Origin: a bacterium
GTDB lineage: Bacteria; Electryoneota; JAOADG01
Reading direction: 5' to 3'
NCBI GenBank assembly: GCA_963681965.1
Contig: OY820579.1
Span: 2,944,001 to 3,008,000, forward strand
DNA: 64,000 nucleotides
Below are positions 17,269-26,814 of this stretch, piece after piece. Made by a program: the position numbers and the translations under genes. The notes below the pieces were generated by a model that was given only the letters and a program-made list of their open reading frames with translations, had not been told where the DNA came from and searched no databases. Numbering within the stretch: the stretch's first letter is position 1; each line of letters opens with the position of its first letter.

Positions 17269-19773
17269 TTATTTAGAGAACGTACCGATCACAATCAGTG
17301 CCAGCAACGACAATCCGATAATGAGTGCGGTAAACCCGACACAGTACATTAGCACGCGCTTCCAAGTCGGAATCGGCAGTACTTTGATCTCGTCGATCTT
17401 CCCTTCCTGCACTAACCGATCGTACCAGAGCGGTCGTTCTTCCTTCAAATATTGTTCGCTGACACTACCGGTAAAAATCACTTCGTCTAGCGGGAAGTTC
17501 TCGCTGCGCAAGTGCTCGTTGAAAAAGTGAATCGTAAAGATAAAGCCTGTTGCAAGCAATGCCTCTTCCGAGTGGATGATATGCGCCGCATTGACGATCC
17601 AACCAGGCAACAACCGGGTAAAGAATTCCGGGAACCAAAGCGTTAAACCGGAAGCACCAATTGCAGCCACACCCCAGAATACCGCGAGATAATCAAACTT
17701 CTCCCAATAAGTGAAGCGATCAAATTTGGGTTTCTTGGCAATATGGAAGAAATATCCAATATGCTGGAAGAAATCAATCGCATCCTTCGGCTGCGGCACC
17801 ATACTGTCGGGACCCCACAGCATTTTCTTGAGCGGGAGTTGCCGTTTCGCAAATCGATAGGTCAAATTTCCCAAGTGCAGTGCAAAGTACATGAACGTTA
17901 ACACTGCCGCGACGCGATGCATCAATGCCATCGTATCGAGTCCGAGGAAATTGTGTGCAATCCAGTACGCCAGTGCTGTATGGCTGTATTTAAGCGGTAA
18001 CCCGGTCATCGCCAGTGTTAAAAAGCTTACAATGACGATGCCGTGAACCACCCGGTCGTATACGCCAAACCGGCGATAACGGAATTCGCCATGCCACCGT
18101 TTGTGCGGTCCGTGACGAACCCGATCGATCATTTGTCGACCGATCCAAGCGAGTGTATGGATACCAAAAATCGCCAGTGTGATGAGCAATAACCACTTCA
18201 TCATAAAGTGGATCGCATCCAATACCGGGTGCCCCGATGGTGCCATTGGATCGTAATGTTGCAATTGCGCAACGAAATTGGCATTCGCGTTCTTATGGCA
18301 TTTGGCACAGGTTTGGACGATGCGTTGCCGTGAAATCGAAGAGGCAGGATTGTCTTTCGGCAAAATCAGATGGTGATCGTGACAGGAAATACAGGTAGCA
18401 AATTGCTCGCCCTGATATCCCAATGAATATGCTTTGCCGTGATAAGTATTCAGATATCCTGCTACGACGTTCGGATTGATTTGAAAACGCATCGTGACTT
18501 CACGATTCGCGTGACACGATCCGCAGAGTGAGATTAATGTTTGCCCGGTAAAGCGACTACTGATGCGTTCGATTTTTCGTTCGCCGTGACACGTGATACA
18601 GGTCGGGGCTTCGGAATGTCCTTTGGCAAAAGCGATCCCGTGGGCACTCCGTTCGTAATCTTTGAATTCTTTGACATGGCAGTTCGTGCACGTCAATTTC
18701 AACTTGGCTTCGGCACGTTTCTTCGGATCGGGAAGTTTAAAGTGGTACACATGACATTCGGTACAATTTGCTTGACCACCGGTGGCATTCACCATCATTG
18801 CCTTGCCGTGTGCAGTATTATTCTCCATCCGGTGACGTTCGTCGGCATGACACGTTAAACAGGTGCCGGGGATCGTCGGTTTAACGATACCAGTACCACT
18901 CTTCCCCATCTCCGTTGAATGACCGGTATGGCAGGCGGCACAAGTCATTACTTTTGCATCGACACCACTCTTGCGGTGAACGGTCTGCTCGTAACCCGTG
19001 TGACAGTTGCTGCAGGTCTGATCCATACGATCGATATGAACTTTCGAACGCGTATCTTTTACTGCAAATATTTCATGATTGCCATGGCAATCGATACAGA
19101 TCGGTGCTTTGGAATTACCCTTTTTCACCTGATCGAAGTGATGCGATGTTAGATAATTCTTCGATTGCGGTTGATGGCAGGTATTGCATCGATCGACGAT
19201 TTTCAGTCGCCAATCGGCTGGAAGCATGTTTCCGCGTTCGTTTTTGTCGTGAGCATCGTGGCAGCTTGTGCAGGATACGACAGCCTTCCCGGATTTGGCA
19301 TTGCCATGAATTGAAGAATTGAATTTCTTGACTTCCAATGCGTGGCACACACCGCATACTTTGCGGGTATCCGGTTGTTTGTTGATTTCGTGGGTACCGT
19401 GGCACTGCTTGCAATCGGGGATATTGGTAAAACCGCGTTGTTTTAAATGATCGGCAAATCCCGCCATAAATTTCTTCGAGGCGTCGGCATGGCAATCCCC
19501 GCAATTTACCGGTTTGTATGGTTTAAAATGCGGAACATCATCGAAATTACCAGTTCCGTGACAATCGGTACAGGACTGAGAACGATGCATCGACGAATCG
19601 AAGCCAGTTTGAAATACTCCGACATTGCGATTGTCGGCGCTTTTCAAAGTGGTGTCGGAATGGCATTGAAAACAGTTCGAATTATCCGACCAATTCGTCT
19701 CGGCGGCGTAGTTTAGCATCGGTAAACTACCGAATATCAATAGCGCGAGTAAGAAAACAGAGTAGCGTTTCAT
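17269..19773 (-). CDS. Multiheme c-type cytochrome (17 CxxCH) fused to a cytochrome b (Fdh/Hyd-type) membrane domain, CbcL-like
   Basis: 17 CxxCH motifs counted; C-terminal RVVH..SFLTLAMTGLPLK, MHRVAA, FDRFTYWEKFDYLAVFWG, IIHSEEALLA; signal peptide from ATG 19773. Confidence 0.9.
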   Translation of the reverse strand: MKRYSVFLLALLIFGSLPMLNYAAETNWSDNSNCFQCHSDTTLKSADNRNVGVFQTGFDSSMHRSQSCTDCHGTGNFDDVPHFKPYKPVNCGDCHADASKKFMAGFADHLKQRGFTNIPDCKQCHGTHEINKQPDTRKVCGVCHALEVKKFNSSIHGNAKSGKAVVSCTSCHDAHDKNERGNMLPADWRLKIVDRCNTCHQPQSKNYLTSHHFDQVKKGNSKAPICIDCHGNHEIFAVKDTRSKVHIDRMDQTCSNCHTGYEQTVHRKSGVDAKVMTCAACHTGHSTEMGKSGTGIVKPTIPGTCLTCHADERHRMENNTAHGKAMMVNATGGQANCTECHVYHFKLPDPKKRAEAKLKLTCTNCHVKEFKDYERSAHGIAFAKGHSEAPTCITCHGERKIERISSRFTGQTLISLCGSCHANREVTMRFQINPNVVAGYLNTYHGKAYSLGYQGEQFATCISCHDHHLILPKDNPASSISRQRIVQTCAKCHKNANANFVAQLQHYDPMAPSGHPVLDAIHFMMKWLLLITLAIFGIHTLAWIGRQMIDRVRHGPHKRWHGEFRYRRFGVYDRVVHGIVIVSFLTLAMTGLPLKYSHTALAYWIAHNFLGLDTMALMHRVAAVLTFMYFALHLGNLTYRFAKRQLPLKKMLWGPDSMVPQPKDAIDFFQHIGYFFHIAKKPKFDRFTYWEKFDYLAVFWGVAAIGASGLTLWFPEFFTRLLPGWIVNAAHIIHSEEALLATGFIFTIHFFNEHLRSENFPLDEVIFTGSVSEQYLKEERPLWYDRLVQEGKIDEIKVLPIPTWKRVLMYCVGFTALIIGLSLLALIVIGTFSK

Positions 19774-19894
19774 GGGAAATTTTCCACAATCTTTCGATGA
19801 ATAACTCGCGAATATATCTATAGAACGCTTTTCTAACAAATCCAATCCGAATCAACTTTAATTTTTTGGTTCTACTATGCTCCGATCGGATTGA

Positions 19895-21307
19895 CTATTT
19901 CACTAATTCGATTTGCTGTACTTGATTGATAGTCGGGGTTGAAAGCCTAACAAAATAGGTTCCTGAAGATAATCCCGCACAATCGATCGGTATCGAATAG
20001 GATCCGGCAGAATACTGCTGGATTGGCAATTGAATCTGTACTTTCCCAAGTAGGTCAATTACCTGGAGCGAAACTCGATCCGGTCGAGTTAGCTGGATTG
20101 GAGCTATTATCGTTGAGTTAAACGGGTTCGGATAACATGGCGATAAAGTCGTCAACTGTGGCAAATTACACGGTTTTGTTTCGGTTACTTCGAGTAATCC
20201 CTGAGAGGATAAATGCGTCAATAATAAATCGGTTCCCGAAGTGCCGGTTACGATGTAATCACTGCTAGAGGTCTGTGCGATACCATAACCTGTTTGTGAG
20301 TAGAACTCGCGTTCGTAAGTGCGTTGCCATTGTTCCTGATTTGTCGAATTTACTTTGCCGATCCAGAGTAGGAACCGCCCGGATGCAGCCTGCTGAAACC
20401 CGGTTAGAACTGCACCACCATCAGCGGTCAGAGTGCCGTGATACGCCCAACCATACAGCATTGTAAACTCGTGTCGATCGGTTTCGATACCACTCGAATT
20501 CGTACGAATGATTACCGGCATTGAGGAATCGGCATGAGATACATAGCCGAAAATTGCGTATCCACCACTCGGTATGAGTGACAAACCGAATGGCACATCC
20601 ATCCTGTTTTCACCAAATTGCCTCCCCCATTGCACTGAACCGGAGGCATCAGTATGAATCAGCCAGATATTGTAATCGGTGGTGCTGCTCTGCATATACG
20701 CAGTTATCATATACCCACCCTCTGGAGCTTGCACGACGCCGTAACCGCAGGTAGATCCCGTCGCGTGAAGATTGGTCAGCCATTGCTGATTTCCAAGTGA
20801 GTCTACTTTGAGTAACAGAATATCAGTACCGGCATTCACTACCATCGAACCTGTAATGATGAAGCCGTGATCGTCAGTGGGAGCGATTGCCAGACCAGTG
20901 CAAGCAGGTACTCGACCATTGTACAAACGGGTCCAGATCGTATCTCCGGAAAGATTCATCTTGTACAAGTACACATAATTCAGCGTTTGCCTAAAAGCGT
21001 CGCCGACGACAACAAATTGCGTTGAATTGACCGACAGGACATTGTTCGCATGCTCGGTACTATCTAGAATTTTTGTCCAAATGGTATCACCATTGCTATT
21101 GGTTCGAATCAACCAACTGTCATAGTTGTACCGGGCAGTGCTGCCAACCGCTAAAAAACCTCCATCGGATAGCGGAATTACTTTGCTGCCAGCATCGGCA
21201 CTGCTGCGATGATAATTCCGAGACCAATATGATTGTGCCAACACTGCTTGCGAGAAGAACAAAGCAAAGACAACGATTAGAATGCTGAATCGATGATCGT
21301 AACGCAT
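19895..21307 (-). CDS. Secreted repeat (beta-propeller-like) protein with T9SS-like CTD
   Basis: Signal peptide; repeated DGGF..G / WLIRTNSNGDTIW units; CYPNPFN tail; GAGG RBS before ATG 21307. Confidence 0.8.
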   Translation of the reverse strand: MRYDHRFSILIVVFALFFSQAVLAQSYWSRNYHRSSADAGSKVIPLSDGGFLAVGSTARYNYDSWLIRTNSNGDTIWTKILDSTEHANNVLSVNSTQFVVVGDAFRQTLNYVYLYKMNLSGDTIWTRLYNGRVPACTGLAIAPTDDHGFIITGSMVVNAGTDILLLKVDSLGNQQWLTNLHATGSTCGYGVVQAPEGGYMITAYMQSSTTDYNIWLIHTDASGSVQWGRQFGENRMDVPFGLSLIPSGGYAIFGYVSHADSSMPVIIRTNSSGIETDRHEFTMLYGWAYHGTLTADGGAVLTGFQQAASGRFLLWIGKVNSTNQEQWQRTYEREFYSQTGYGIAQTSSSDYIVTGTSGTDLLLTHLSSQGLLEVTETKPCNLPQLTTLSPCYPNPFNSTIIAPIQLTRPDRVSLQVIDLLGKVQIQLPIQQYSAGSYSIPIDCAGLSSGTYFVRLSTPTINQVQQIELVK

Positions 21308-21545
21308 GTTAACCTCATGATAAAACAACTACCGAATAAACTTGAATAGTATGAATTTATCAAGTTACCTATTCCAATTCTATCAAACAATGATTTTATC
21401 CATGTGACAAACAATATTTTGGTTTTCTAGGGCAATTTTTGCGACCGATCGGTCGGAATAATTACTACTATCTCCTCTGGAAATGGTAATTTTATCAATT
21501 AGGAAATGAGTTTCGTATAATTGAACAAGATAGAGGAATGATACA

Positions 21546-21761
21546 ATGAAGGGAAAAGTTGCCATTATGAAGGAAATCGGATTATACGTCCTAATTGTCG
21601 CGGCGTGGTTTGCTTTGCAGCGTTGGATCTTACCACGTATGGGGGTCTCGACTTGAGCTTCTCAAGCCTGTGCTCCGGCGGAGACACAATCCAATACGAA
21701 AGCAATCGAAACAAAATCACTACCAAGTCATAACCAAATAAATTCTGCAGATGTAAAATAA
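21546..21761 (+). CDS. Candidate small membrane selenoprotein (71 aa with Sec at codon 37; 36 aa if TGA is a stop)
   Basis: AGAGGA RBS; MKGKVAIMKEIGLYVLIVAAWFALQRWILPRMGVST-TGA-ASQACAPAETQ...DVK-TAA; hairpin 12 nt after the TGA; terminator directly after the TAA. Confidence 0.6.
21669..21688 (+). promoter_or_regulatory. Putative bacterial SECIS element
   Basis: TGTG-CTCC-(GGC)-GGAG-A-CACA stem with one bulge; G-starting apical loop 20 nt after the TGA at 21654-21656. Confidence 0.5.
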
Positions 21762-21790
21762 AAAAAGGGGCATCATTGATGCCCCTAATT
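21761..21790. terminator. Intrinsic terminator between convergent genes
   Basis: AAAAAAGGGGCATC-att-GATGCCCCTAATT. Confidence 0.7.
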
Positions 21791-21804
21791 AACGTTTTGA
21801 AAGA

Positions 21805-22293
21805 TTATCTCTCGTCAGGATCTGCCATGGGTTTCGGACCTCGACCTGCCCAAGGCGGTGGACCCATTGGGTTATCACAACGAGGACCCATCGGGCAATC
21901 GCCTCTCATTGCACCAGGACCAAAAACAGGACCACGTCCCTTTCGCATACCGGGGTGCATTCCACGATTCATGCGGGGATGCGGAGCCGCTGCACCAAGA
22001 TGATGTCGCGCTTTTACCAGTTCGCCCTCGGCTTCAGCTTCTTTTCCCTCTTTCAACAACTTCTTCGCGTTGTCGATATCTTTCTGAGCATTCTTCATCG
22101 CTTCTTCGCGCAGCTCTTCCATCGCTTTCATCCGAATCGACATTTTCTCAAGTCGCTTTTCCCAGTTGTCGATTCTTTCTTTTACCGATGGTGGATCTTT
22201 TTTATCCGGCATTTTCTTGTCGTCGCCAGCCAGTGCTCCTGTTACCCAACCCAACGCGAGAACCATCGCGAATAGGATCATATACTTCTTCAT
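21805..22293 (-). CDS. Small secreted helical/coiled-coil protein with Gly/Pro/Met-rich tail
   Basis: GGGAGG RBS, signal peptide, charged helical core, GPPPWAGRG tail. Confidence 0.7.
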   Translation of the reverse strand: MKKYMILFAMVLALGWVTGALAGDDKKMPDKKDPPSVKERIDNWEKRLEKMSIRMKAMEELREEAMKNAQKDIDNAKKLLKEGKEAEAEGELVKARHHLGAAAPHPRMNRGMHPGMRKGRGPVFGPGAMRGDCPMGPRCDNPMGPPPWAGRGPKPMADPDER

Positions 22294-22422
22294 GGTTTCC
22301 TCCCAATTTCCGTTACTTCGATTTTCTATAACGAAATTAACTTAATCCAGTTAATCTTCGATCAGTATTGCGGTCATCTGAGGATATGACATCGGGAATA
22401 AAAAATCCGTTTAATTTACCGG

Positions 22423-23268
22423 TTAAGCCACATCAGGCTTGGTTTTCGCGACCAGTACCGGACACTTCGAAGTACGCACTACCCGGTCGGCAGTCGATCC
22501 GATTAAGAGATCTTTCATTCCACCCGATCCATGCGGTCCAATCACGATTAAATCGATTTGATTTTCGTCTGCGACCTTCACTAATTCGCGATGAGCGATG
22601 CCGTGAGAAACATGATGAATAGGCGAATCGACGATGTGAATATTCGCTTCGAAATTGCCGAAGGCATCGTTGACTGTCGCTTCGGCATTCGGTACCAGAT
22701 TCTTCAGCGACGGAAATTCGAATGGAGTTCCTTCTAGAACGCCGCTTTCAATGATATGCATGACATGAATTTCGGCACTACATTTCGCCGCAATCAGATT
22801 CGCCCATTCCAAAGCATAATGCGATTGCAACGAGAAATCTACACCGACGAGAATTTTCTTGATCCCTTCCCACTTGCGAAGGGCTGAGTGCGGTGTAACA
22901 AGCAGAACGGGGATATTGGCAAACCGGAGAATGCGTTCAGTGATCGAGCCCAGCATCCACTTCGCGAGTGGAGTACGTCCGTGGGTACCCATCACAGTCA
23001 TGATCGGAGGGAATTCGGTAAATTCTTTCAACGCCAAATCGGCGATATCGTTGCCATCGGTCATCTGAACTTGAAATCCGATTCCAAGTTCTTCCGCTAG
23101 CTTCGCAAAAGGTTTCAATACACTGCTGTGTGGTTCGGATTGTTTCGGATGGCGACCGTGAAAAATTACCAGATCCGATTGAAACGACTGCGCTAAGGTC
23201 AGTGCAACCGGAAACGCTGCTTGTGAGGTCTCTCCAAAGTCGGAAGGAAAAAATATATGCCGTGCCAT
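22423..23268 (-). CDS. Universal stress protein (tandem USP domains)
   Basis: PSDF...MGTHGRT...LGSITERILR; VGVDFS...IGPHG...LIGSTADRVVRTSKCPVLV. Confidence 0.93.
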   Translation of the reverse strand: MARHIFFPSDFGETSQAAFPVALTLAQSFQSDLVIFHGRHPKQSEPHSSVLKPFAKLAEELGIGFQVQMTDGNDIADLALKEFTEFPPIMTVMGTHGRTPLAKWMLGSITERILRFANIPVLLVTPHSALRKWEGIKKILVGVDFSLQSHYALEWANLIAAKCSAEIHVMHIIESGVLEGTPFEFPSLKNLVPNAEATVNDAFGNFEANIHIVDSPIHHVSHGIAHRELVKVADENQIDLIVIGPHGSGGMKDLLIGSTADRVVRTSKCPVLVAKTKPDVA

Positions 23269-23304
23269 CTCGCCACCTTTCCCGATCTGGCACAGCCAAT
23301 ACTT

Positions 23305-24138
23305 TTACTTACAGGAACGCCGTGCCGCGTCGATTGTCGCTATTTGCTGTAATACTTGTTCGAACAATTCAGGTGTTAACATATTCGGTCCATCGGAAGG
23401 GGATTGATCGGGATTCGGATGTGCTTCGAGAAAGACACCCTCAACGCCATGCGCGATCGCTGCACGCACCAATCCTGCTACTTCCCGTCGATCACCCCCG
23501 GTACTCCCCCCACTTCCACCAGGACGCTGAACTGAATGTGTCCCATCGAAGATCGTCGGGCAACCTAACTGACGCATTCTCTCTAAATTACGCATATCAA
23601 CCACGAGTTCGCGATAGCCAAACGAAGTTCCTCGCTCTGTAAGTAAGATTCGGTCGCTTCCACCGGCTGAAACTTTATCGATTGCCCCTCGGAGGTCGTC
23701 GGGATGGAGAAATTGTCCCTTCTTGATATTAACGGCTTTGCCGGTCGAACCAGCCGCCATCAGGAGTCGGGTCTGTCGGCACAGAAATGCGGGAATTTGA
23801 AGAATATCAACAACTTCAGCTACGGAGGCACATTCATTGCTTTCGTGCACATCGGTCAGTACCGGTACTCCGAAAGTGGATTTCACTTTGGCAAGAATCG
23901 ATAACCCCTCATCGAGTCCGGGACCGCGAATCGCCTGAGCCGAAGTGCGGTTGGCTTTTTCATAACTCGCTTTAAAGACGAAACCGAATGGGAATTTCGA
24001 CACGATCTTGATCAGTTGCTCTGCCCATTTCAGCGTGAAATCCTCTTCCTCCAGCACACACGGTCCGGCAATAATCAGGAGCGGTGCATCGCCTCCGACT
24101 TCTACTCCCGGTGCAATTTCCCAACGTTTCGTGATCAT
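23305..24138 (-). CDS. kdsA: 3-deoxy-8-phosphooctulonate (KDO8P) synthase
   Basis: IAGPCVLE, KASYEKANRTS, QIPAFLCRQT, KKGQF, ERGTSFGY, DGTHSVQ. Confidence 0.96.
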   Translation of the reverse strand: MITKRWEIAPGVEVGGDAPLLIIAGPCVLEEEDFTLKWAEQLIKIVSKFPFGFVFKASYEKANRTSAQAIRGPGLDEGLSILAKVKSTFGVPVLTDVHESNECASVAEVVDILQIPAFLCRQTRLLMAAGSTGKAVNIKKGQFLHPDDLRGAIDKVSAGGSDRILLTERGTSFGYRELVVDMRNLERMRQLGCPTIFDGTHSVQRPGGSGGSTGGDRREVAGLVRAAIAHGVEGVFLEAHPNPDQSPSDGPNMLTPELFEQVLQQIATIDAARRSCK

Positions 24139-25136
24139 AGTTGATGCTCCCGCGACGGCAGACCTGCCGCCAAAAGGTCGTGAAGCCGCAACATTCCGAC
24201 CGGTTCCCGATTCTCATTGACCACTGGTAATACCGAAATCTGCGAAGGGCGGTCTTCCATCAGTTTCAATGCATCCAGCGCTAACATCTCGGAATTGATT
24301 GTGGTCGGCGATTTCGTCATCAGATCGATGATCGGTAATTCGATAGCGGCAGCGCCATATTTCCGGATGGCTCGACGAAGATCGCCATCAGTGAAGAAGC
24401 CCGCCAATTGACCGGTTTGAAAGACGATCGAGACCGCACCCAGTGGGATTGCGGTGAGCATTTCGATTGCGTCGCGTAATTTGGAATTATCGAGAATGAC
24501 CGGATTTTCATTCCCGACATGCATTAGGTCGGACACCTTCAACAACAGCTTCTTGCCCAAAGCACCACCGGGATGCAGCATCGCGAAATCGACTGGTTTA
24601 AAATTGCGTTCATTCAATAAAACAACCGCGATTGCATCGCCGAGAGCGAGGGTTGCCGTTGTCGAACTGGTGGGAGCGAGACCGCTGAGACCGGCTTCCG
24701 GTGCCGACCCGAGATTCAACGAGAGATCGCAGCCGCGCGCCAATTCGGAGTTGGGATTGGCAGTAATCGCAATGGTGCTGGCACCAATCCGTTTCAAAAC
24801 TGGCAGGATCGCGAGCAATTCTTCAGTCTCACCCGATTTTGAAAGCAGGATGCAGACATCTTTCGGACGAACGACACCCACGTCGCCGTGCAGCCCTTCA
24901 GTCGGATGGAGGAAAATCGATAGGGTGCCGGTAGAGGCGAGTGTCGCGGCGATTTTGCGCGCCACCAGTCCCGATTTACCAATACCGGTAACAATTACTT
25001 TGCCATCGGTAGCGAGGATCAATTCGATCGCACGAGCGAAGTTGTCGTCGATTGCCTGTTCCAGTGCATCGAGCGCGGCGCGTTCCATCCGCACCACTTC
25101 ACGTGCCTGAGTCAGAATGTCTTGAACTGGTTTCAT
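24135..25136 (-). CDS. kdsD: Arabinose-5-phosphate isomerase (KpsF/GutQ family, SIS + CBS)
   Basis: GIGKSGLVARKIAAT, HPTEGLHGD, SKSGET, APTSST, HPGGALG, CBS pair with FTDGDLRR. Confidence 0.94.
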   Translation of the reverse strand: MKPVQDILTQAREVVRMERAALDALEQAIDDNFARAIELILATDGKVIVTGIGKSGLVARKIAATLASTGTLSIFLHPTEGLHGDVGVVRPKDVCILLSKSGETEELLAILPVLKRIGASTIAITANPNSELARGCDLSLNLGSAPEAGLSGLAPTSSTTATLALGDAIAVVLLNERNFKPVDFAMLHPGGALGKKLLLKVSDLMHVGNENPVILDNSKLRDAIEMLTAIPLGAVSIVFQTGQLAGFFTDGDLRRAIRKYGAAAIELPIIDLMTKSPTTINSEMLALDALKLMEDRPSQISVLPVVNENREPVGMLRLHDLLAAGLPSREHQL

Positions 25137-25260
25137 GATCTTACCAATCAGTCTGAGAGTAATTTGAAAAGCGTTCCAAGATACGAATTTCCTCGCAATC
25201 GGGGAAAGGTGGCGGGATAAAAAATCAACAATTGAGAAAACAAGGGATGAATCTGCTTTA

Positions 25261-25700
25261 GTATGGGCGACCCACTGCGGTCGCCCACATATCTTAGTGG
25301 TTGGAATTTATTCCGACCACCTCTTGTGTCTTTCATGTTTTAATGAGGGAGGCCCACCGCGGCCTTCCGTTCTTGTATCCTCTACCTTGTGGTAGGGGCG
25401 TTCCTACACGTCCGCCCTTATCCGTTGATGATACTCGATTATTGACGGATTCACACATTGAAATATTTTTCGTATCCGCGTGATGTCTTTCAGACATCAC
25501 GTTTCGGGCGGTTCGCGAACCGCCCCTACCCAAGAAGATCCGGGCGACCTATCGCGGTCGCCCACCATTTATTCCGTAGGTCGGGCACTCTTGCCCGACT
25601 CTTTTCTGTCTCTTGTATCCTGATTATGTCTTTGCGAGGACCGAAGCGCAGGAACGTGCGTTAGCTAACGGACTTCCGAAGCGTAGTGACAAAGCAAACT
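25261..25700. repeat. Cluster of REP-like palindromes (GTAG-type and TGTCATTGCGAG-type)
   Basis: About nine GC-rich hairpins, e.g. GGGCGACC..GGTCGCCC (x2), GGGCGGTTCGCGAACCGCCCCTAC, GTAGGTCGGGCACTCTTGCCCGAC, GTGATGTCTTTCAGACATCAC. Confidence 0.75.
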
Positions 25701-25842
25701 CCTCATTTTCTGTTTGAGCATCTTGGACAGACACTACGCCGATAATTCTACAGATTTCAATAATTTCTGTATGTAACCTCTCTTTACTTGAAATCAACTA
25801 ACACGCTCCGTAATTTGTTGAATAAAATAATCTGTGCATCGA

Positions 25843-25995
25843 ATGAGCACTCGGTTCGAAAAATATCAACGATGATAAGGAGAACGGATCGGCGTCTTCC
25901 TCTATGTGGACGAGTATCAGAAGATTCTCGTCCAGTTGGGAGAATTGGATGAAATTAGCGCTTTCGATAAATCTGTAAGAATAAAAAGAGCCTGA
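25843..25995 (+). pseudogene. Probable type II antitoxin pseudogene
   Basis: MSTRFEKYQR**GERIGVFLYVDEYQKILVQLGELDEISAFDK...; the alternate frame supplies INDDK, consistent with small deletions in a YIxDxxGxRxxVxLxxxEYxxLLxxLEEL-type antitoxin. Confidence 0.4.
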
Positions 25996-26041
25996 AAGTT
26001 AATTTTAATTAGCACAATACAATATTTTAACAAGGAATTTT

Positions 26042-26698
26042 ATGCAAAGCATAGGGAACTTCTTATTATCTGCACTAAAAAGCCTTTTTAATCACAAGAT
26101 TAACATTGAAATTGATGATAAAAAATATCCTCTCAATTTATTGATGATGTTAATTTTTGCATTTGTCTTGGGAATTTTTGTAGGCATAAAATATTTTTCT
26201 CCATTTTATCATAATATTAGTAAAGATTCACTATCAGTTTCAAAAGTAGCTGAGAATCGGAAAAATCTACCTCAACTTGTTGAGTTTAATGCTGACAAGC
26301 TATCTTTAGAATCTAGAGAACTTGGTCAAAATATTGGATTAAAAGAAATTAATGTTTCATGTAGAGTAATTAATTGCCAGATTAAAATTAATGCTATTAC
26401 TTATTTCTTCTCCCCAAATTACTTAGAATCATGGAGTGGAATGAGTAAATCTGTAGTTCAATTCAATACTGATTCAACAGTGATATCTAGTCAATCAAAT
26501 ATTAAAATATTTATTAATTTTGATGAACTCCCCAAGAGTTTGGCATCACTTCACAAATATGATCCTTCTAATAATGACAAAATAATAGGCACTTTAGATT
26601 TTACTGCTACTTTCGAATATTTAGATTCCATACCTGCTATAATCGATACAAAAAGTTTTCAATCGATAGTTTGTTTAACGAATAATCATCGCAAATAA
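26042..26698 (+). CDS. AT-rich hypothetical protein with one N-terminal TM helix
   Basis: 218-aa ORF, AAGGA RBS, LLMMLIFAFVLGIFVGI segment; GC visibly lower than flanks. Confidence 0.6.
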   Translation: MQSIGNFLLSALKSLFNHKINIEIDDKKYPLNLLMMLIFAFVLGIFVGIKYFSPFYHNISKDSLSVSKVAENRKNLPQLVEFNADKLSLESRELGQNIGLKEINVSCRVINCQIKINAITYFFSPNYLESWSGMSKSVVQFNTDSTVISSQSNIKIFINFDELPKSLASLHKYDPSNNDKIIGTLDFTATFEYLDSIPAIIDTKSFQSIVCLTNNHRK

Positions 26699-26814
26699 TT
26701 TTTGTTTAACAATTTCTACATATAAAACACCACTCTATCCATTTTTGTGATCGGGATTTTTTCTTGGAGGCGGCAAAAATCAAACCTACATAAATCAGTG
26801 CGTAAGGCTTCCGT

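Noticed and set aside
24454-25110. 218-aa plus-strand ORF
   Set aside because: Antisense shadow of kdsD.
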